A program made the position numbers and the translations under genes. A stretch of 64,000 bases of DNA from the human T2T-CHM13v2.0 reference genome, Homo sapiens. The notes under the pieces are model-generated. The model worked only from the letters and a program-made list of their open reading frames with translations. It was not told the origin of the DNA and made no database searches. The stretch lies in assembly GCF_009914755.1 (NCBI RefSeq), contig NC_060933.1; one strand, given 5' to 3'. Of the stretch, positions 57,072 to 64,000 are shown piece after piece (the stretch's first letter is position 1; the number at the start of each line of letters is the position of its first letter).

Positions 57072-57425
<354 letters not shown>

Positions 57426-57574
57426 CTAAATGGTAAGAAACAACAGCATAATAAACATTTGTATGGTGTTGATGGACAATGCATTTGAAGATAATATTTG
57501 AAGAAATCATATTACAATTAACATCTGTTCTTACTCATTGGAGCTTGATGCCTCTAAAAACTTCGTCATTGCAA

Positions 57575-57718
57575 CCACCTCTGGTGCTTTAAAAAAAAAA
57601 AAAAAATCCACATACTCACATAGGTGCAGGGAAATCAGAATCTGAGGTAATGAGACCCAGGCCTCATCATTTGTAAGCTCCCCAGGTGATTTGACTCAAA
57701 GCCAAGATTGAGGACCGG
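57575..57718. mobile_element. MER5-like DNA transposon remnant
   Basis: aaatcagaatctgagg...ccaggc...aagctccccaggtgatt...gccaagattgaggacc. Confidence 0.6.
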
Positions 57719-58239
57719 TGACATGGATCGCTACACATAACCTGCCTAAATAGATTCTTTAGAAGCAGTTTATAAAGAAATTCCACATGAACTCTGAAGA
57801 GGATATGAATTTGATGTACAGTATGTCCTCACTTATCGTCTTTGAAAGTCTCTTGGAAACTTCACCTTTAAGCAAGATTAGGTATAGTGAAACCACTTAT
57901 TCCTCACCAACATTATAACTACACATCTTTGAACGCACCAATGGTGTTGGAGGACCTGCTGTACATTGCTTCCATGAAGTCAATTTTCAGGGAATTCCAA
58001 AACGAAGTGCGGACTTCATGTATATAAAAAGATGGCTGTGATTCCACCTGGATGACAGGGTTATTGCTCAGAAACTAAAGGAGGCCGCCTAGGTATAGAG
58101 GATTCAGTCATGAGGTTTCTGCTAAACAAAGGATCCCAGAATCCTCACCCACTCCAGTTAAAGGCACAACGAAGAAAACAATATCCACATAGGAAATGCA
58201 GAAAGGAATAAAAGCCATCAAGCCACAAAAATAATGTGA

Positions 58240-59270
58240 CTAAGGGTCAGGATTTGCAGATGTAGGGATTTGATGTGGTTGCCCTTTCTTACCCACACAA
58301 GAAAAAGGATGGAACAGATCATGAGATTCGACTGTTCTGCTGCGCAGCCTCCACAGGGCGCTTTGAATGTCCCTGTTTCTCAGGCTGTAGATGAAAGGGT
58401 TCAGCATGGGGGTGACCACAGCGTACATCACTGACGCCACCACACCATTCCTGGGGGGTGGTGCCACAGCTGAAGTCAGGTACATGCCAATGCCTGTTCC
58501 ATAAAATAAGCAAACAACTGCCAGGTGAGAGCCACAGGTGGAGAAGGCTTTATACTTCCCATCTGACGATGAAATCCTTAGAATGGAGGGAACAATTTTA
58601 TAGTAAGACAAAAGGATCCCTGAAATGGGAAGAAAACCAAACATAGTACTATTGAAATACATGAATATGCTATTGATGACGCTGTCAGAACAGGCAAGGT
58701 TGAGAAGTTGAGATGGCTCACAGACAAAATGAGAGATTTCCACATTCTTGAAGAAGGTGAATTGTAACAATCTAACTGTGCAGCTGGGAATCCAACAGGC
58801 TAAGGAAAAAGGACACCAAAACTAAGAAGACACAGAGGTGAGGATTCACGATGACTGCGTAGTGCAGAGGGCGACAGATGGCTACAAAGCAGTCCTAGGC
58901 CATCACAGTCAGGAGCATGTCTTCTATACATGCAAAAAGGACCAAGAAAGACATCCGTGTCAGGCAGCTCGCATAAGAGATGACTCTGATATGTGACTGC
59001 ATGTCCACAGTCATCTTGGGAACCGTGGCCGAAGTGAAACCGATGTCAGCCCAGCACGGGTTGGAGAGGAAGAAGTACATGGGGGTGTGGAGGTGGGAGT
59101 CAGAGCTGACAGCCAGGATGACGAGCAGGTTCCTCAGCACTGTGACCAGATACATGGATGGGGACAGCCCAGCGAGGACAGGCTGCAGTTCTGGATCCTC
59201 TGAGAGTCCCAGGAGGAGGAATTCTCAGACACCTGTGAGATGCCGTGGCTCTGTGTGACTTGGACACCTT
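58240..59270 (-). pseudogene. OR7E: Olfactory receptor family 7 subfamily E pseudogene (copy 2)
   Basis: [72 protein letters not shown]. Stops at 59225-59227 and 58895-58897 (MA*DC in place of MAYDR); stop plus 2-bp deletion near 58770. Confidence 0.95.
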
Positions 59271-59914
59271 GGGAAGAAAAGAGGATTGGAAAAATAAAAG
59301 ATAAAAACCAGCCCTTAATGCTGTGTGTATATTTTGGATGCAAGCAATTCACAAGGAACATTTTCACACTTGAGGACCATACACCGCCAGCAATATTTCT
59401 CAGTTGTGACAAGCCCAAAAGTCTCAGAATTATTACATGATTTACTTTTTTGCTATTCAACTCCTTCTGTACATACTACTTTAGAGAAAATCCACTGAAG
59501 AATTTTAGAAGTCCAAAACATAATATACAACAAATCCATGATCTCAGTAAAATACGGCCTACTCTTTTCAGAAAAAATAAAATGCAATGAAGATGCTCTT
59601 CTCTCTTTAAGAAAAAGATCTCAGTCTAATTGAAAGAAATTAAGAAGCAGTGAAATACACTCTGTTTTATTCTGACACCGTGCGACAAATTCCTTTGATG
59701 TAGAATATGTAAAAGGATGATACAAGAGCTAGGACCGCATTATCTAAAAACAAAATAGAACCTTAGAGTTCTTAATCGGAAGACCTTTTAACATGCCACT
59801 TACTTTTCATATTTATTATCATCCTTAGGTTTTCTGACATCATTTATTCATAAAAGTACATGCACACTCAAATATGGGAGCTGTGTTTCCACATTAATTT
59901 AATATATAACTCTT

Positions 59915-60135
59915 GGCCAAGTGCCATGGCTCACACCTGTAATCCCAGCACTTTGGGTGGCCGAGGCCGACGGATCACCTGAGGTCAGGAGTTCCAGACC
60001 AGCCTGGCCGACGTGGTGAAACCCCATCTCTAGTGAAAATAAAAAAAAAAATTAGCCAGGCGTGGTGGCGGGTAACCCTAGCTGCTCAGGAGGCCGAAGC
60101 AGGAGAATCCCTTAGAACCTGGAAGGCAGAGATTG
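59915..60135 (+). mobile_element. AluS truncated by the satellite
   Basis: Alu ends at ggcagagattg and joins directly to tgtacaccctg. Confidence 0.9.
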
Positions 60136-62283
60136 TACACCCTGTGGTATGATTTTGGATATCCTAGGGAGACATTGCTCCTGACATCAGAGTGGGCGTA
60201 CACCCTGTGATATTGTCTGTAATATCGTAGAAAGATGTTGCTCCTAATATCACAGTGGCTGCACACCCTGTGATACTAATTGTAATATCCTACAGAGATA
60301 TCATTCCTAATAATACAGTGGGTGTACACCCTGTGATATTGTTCCTAATATCCAGGGAAGGAGAGGATGACATTATGCCCAATATCACTGGGGGTGTACC
60401 GCCTCCCGCGGGGATATTGTTCTTAATATCTGGAGGTGGAGAGAATGATGTTACTCCCAATATCACAGGGGGTGTACACTACCCCTGTTTGTAAACACCC
60501 CCTGTGATATTGGTCCAAATGGCCTGTGAAAGAATAAATATGACTCCCATTATCGCGGGGGGTGTTCAGCCCTGATGATATTGTTTTCTAACATCCAGGG
60601 AAAGAGAGTATGCTATTACTCCCAATATCGCAGGGGTCGTACACCCTTCTGTGTTTTTGTGCCCAATATCCAGGAAAGTAGAGGATGATATTACTCCCAA
60701 TATCGAAGTAATTGTACAGCACCCCTGTGATATTCTTCCTCATATCCAGAAAGGGAAAGAATGATATTACTCCCAACAGCATAGGAAATGTATACCCGCG
60801 CTGTGATATCTTTCCCAATACCCAGTTGGGGAGAGGATCATATTACTTCCAATGTCGCAGGGTGTGTACACCCACTCTGTGATCTTGTTGCAAACATCCA
60901 GGTTTGGGGAGGATGACATTACTCCCAATATCGCAGGGGAAGTACACTCCCCCATGACCTTGTTAGTCATTTCCTGGGTGGAGAGGATGATATTACTCCC
61001 AATATCGCAGGGGGTGTACACACCCCTGTGAAAATCATCCTAATATCCAGAGGGAGAGAGGATGATATTACTCCCAGTACCGCAGGGGGTTTACACAGCC
61101 CTGTGATACTCTTCCTAATATCCACAGGAAGAGAGGATGATATTACTCCCAGTACCGCAGGGGGTGTACACAACCCTGTGACATTGTTCCTAATATCCAG
61201 AGCGAAAGAGGATGATATGACTCTCAATATCGCAGGGGGTGTACACCCCTCCTGTCCTATTGTTCTGAATACCCTGGGAGGGAGAGGATAAGGTTACTTT
61301 GAATATGGCAGGGAATGTACACCCTCCCCCTCTGATACCCTTCCTAATGTCCAGGGGAAGAGAGGAAAATTTTACTCCCAATATCGCAGAGGCAGTACAC
61401 CCCACCTGTGATGTTGTTCCCAATATGCAAGGGGAGAGAGGATGATATTACTCCCAATATTGCAAGGCTGTTCACATCCCCAGTGACATTTTTCCTAATA
61501 TCTAGGGGAGAGACAATTATATGACAGCAAAGGTCACAGGGTCTGTACATCCTGATATGGTTCCTAATATCCAGGGGGGAAGAGGATGATATCAAATATG
61601 AAAGGGGGTGTACACCACCCACCCCTATGATATTGTTCTTAATATTCATGAGGGGAGACGATGATATTCCTCCAAATATCACAGGGGTTGTTGACACCCC
61701 CCTGTGATATTGTTTCTGATATCCGGGCGGGAGAAAATCATATTACTTCCAATATTGCAGGTGGTGTATACCCCACCTGAAATATGGCATCGAATATCCA
61801 AAGAGGGAGAGGATGGTATTAATACCAATATCGAAGTGTGTGTACACACCCCTTGTGATATGGTTTTTAATATCCAGTGGGTGGGAGGATGATATTAGTC
61901 CCAACATCCCAGAGGGTGTACACTACCCCTGTGATATTGTCTCTAACTTCCAGAGGGGAGAGGATGATATCACTCCCAATATCTCAGAAGTTGTACATCC
62001 CCCGTGATATTGTTTGTCATATCCAGGGAGGCACAGGATGACATTCCATTGAATTTCGCGACAGGCGTACATGCACAGTGTGATATTGTTCCTAATATCC
62101 AAGAAGGGAGAGGATGATATTACTCCCAATAAAGCAGTGGGTGTACATGACCCCTGTGTTATTGTCTCTAATATCCGGGGCCAGGGGAGCGGGGGAGAGG
62201 ATAACATTCCCTCAAATTTAGCAGGTGGTTTGACGCCCCTTGTGGTGTTGTTTTAAATATCCAGCGGGGAAGACAATAGTACT
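60134..62283. repeat. SATR satellite array (short SATR1-like start, then ~75-bp SATR2-like monomers)
   Basis: gaggatga landmark at 60983, 61058, 61133 and 61208 (period 75); unit ggagaggatgatattactcccaatatcgcagggggtgtacacccctgtgatattgttcctaatatcca. Confidence 0.9.
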
Positions 62284-64000
62284 ATTTTTGATACTCCGAT
62301 TCATCCGCTCCACCTTTCTGGAACTCTGAGGCTGGGAGGCGGCACGCAGTTTCCGTGTGATCCCCAATACCTTTGCCGTCTTCTGTACCAAGGCAGCCAA
62401 AAACGCAGGCTTGTTATCTGAGCTGATCCGTAAGGACAGTCGAAATCTAGGAATCAGATCTCGAAGGAGCACAGGGTTTACTTCACCAGCTTTCTCAGTT
62501 TGTGTTTGATAGGCCTCCACCCACCCAGAGTAGGTACGCCCAAGAACTAGTAAATACTTGGTACCTCCACACTTTGGCATCTCTGTGAAGTCTACCTGGA
62601 GATCTTCAAAGGGGACTGCTCCATAAGCTTGTATGCCGGGCGGAACGGCTGGACCTTGCCTCGCATTATGCTCTCGGCAGGTAACTCACCGCTGCCTCAG
62701 CATTTTGGCAAGGGCTGACAAATGTGAGATGTAGAAATACCGGCCTAACAACTTTTCCAGTGACTCCTGACCTACATGGGTGGTTTCTTGCACAGCCAGT
62801 ACAACTGCAGCTCCTAGCAACTGTGGCACAGCTATTCTCACATCTGGTAACTGAATCCATCCTCCCTCCATCACTTGTCCTTCCCTCTACCTGGAGAAAG
62901 TCCTTTTCTTCTTTAGAAGAAGTAGGTCCAAGATCAGGTGCTTGAGGGAGCACTGATGCCCAGAAGGGGGCAAATGCTGCTTCTTCGAGCCTCTGAGTCA
63001 GCGAGGGAATTCCCCAAACCCAGCAAGGTGGAAGCTCGCTGGTGTCCTCTGCAATGCATGACTGCCACCTTGTGGGGTTTCCATACTGCTTTTAATAATT
63101 GCAAGATTTCTTGTTGATATTTTCTGTCTTTTCCCCCAGAGTTCAATAGGCCCTTTTCTTTCTATCATGCTCCATGCACTTGAAGGGTTAAAAGACATAC
63201 CAAGAATCAGTGTAAATGTTTACAGTCTCACCTTCACTGAGTTCTAAGGCCCGAGTGAAAGCAATGAGTTCCGCTTTCTGGGCTGAAGTGGCCTGGGGCA
63301 ACAATCTGGCTTCAACAACAGTGTCCAGGGTTACCACTGCATACCCTGCATCTCTCTCTCCTTGGGGGTTGAAGAAGCTGCTCCCATCCACATATAGTTC
63401 CCAGTCTACTGATGTGCAAGGCTGGTCCCGGAGGTCAGGTGTGCTAGAGTCAACTGAGTCCAACACTTCTACACAATCAGGCTGGACAGGGCTCTCTGGT
63501 ACCGGGAGCAAGGTGGCAGGGTGTAGGGTGTTACAAACTTCAATAGTTATATAGGGATTTTCACAGAGCAAAGTTTGGTGCTTGATGAGTCTGGCATTCG
63601 TTAGCGAATGATGTCCTTTAGTATTCATTAAAGTCACCACAGCATGGGGGGCCTTTATGTTCAGGTTTTGCCCAAGAGTCAGCTTATTAGCTTCTTGTAC
63701 TAGCAGGGCAGTTGCTGCCAAGGCCCTCAAACAGGGGGACCATCCTTTAGAAACCCCATCTAGTTGTTTAGAGAGGTAGGCCACTGGCCTCAGCCAGGGC
63801 CCCACAGTTTGGGTTAAAAGTCCAGCTGCCATCTTTTCTCTCTCTGACACATACAATGGAAGAGGCTTTGTCAGATCGGGTAGCCCCAAGGCTGGGGCTG
63901 CCAGAAGGTTTTCCTTTAACTCATGAAAGACTTCCTGTTGTTGGGATCCCCATTCCAAAAGTTCCCAGTCCCTGCCCCCTTTGTGACCTCATACAAAGGC
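62281..64000 (-). mobile_element. pol: HERV-E-like (class I ERV) pol remnant: RT connection, RNase H and integrase; disrupted, integrase truncated
   Basis: APALGLPDLTKP, PVAYLSKQLD, YVDGSSF..SAQKAELIA..NIYTDS, HCRGHQ..GNSLAD, YSGWVEAY..SDN..PQSS.KVERMNR; stop at 63188-63190 and frameshifts. Confidence 0.9.

Noticed and set aside
58240-58770. 176-aa OR ORF as a functional gene
   Set aside because: C-terminal half only; upstream stops and a frameshift; MAYDR motif destroyed

Overview
Primate (most likely human) genomic DNA, dense in repeats, with no intact protein-coding gene that I can support. Positions 1 to ~48.4 kb are gene-poor sequence made of Alu, MIR, L1 and L2 fragments, many solo LTRs (MER39, MSTA x2, LTR15, MLT2 x2, MER4A, MLT1, LTR12, MER61, MER41, MER9) and two complex TG/TA-rich tandem arrays. 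At ~48,388 the sequence switches abruptly into an OR7E-type segmental-duplication module: SATR satellite, OR7E pseudogene, Alu/L1-rich spacer, second OR7E pseudogene, SATR satellite, then HERV-E-like pol running off the right end. Three structural observations stand out. (1) A ~740-bp inversion splits one THE1D element, supported by a matching TGTAC target-site duplication and a split host LTR. (2) Both quasi-palindromic SATR arrays truncate the element next to them at all four junctions. (3) A ~200-bp templated insertion is bracketed by an inverted repeat inside an old L1. Repeat-family names come from recognition of consensus sequences from memory and should be confirmed with RepeatMasker/Dfam. 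I found no evidence for a new protein-coding system.
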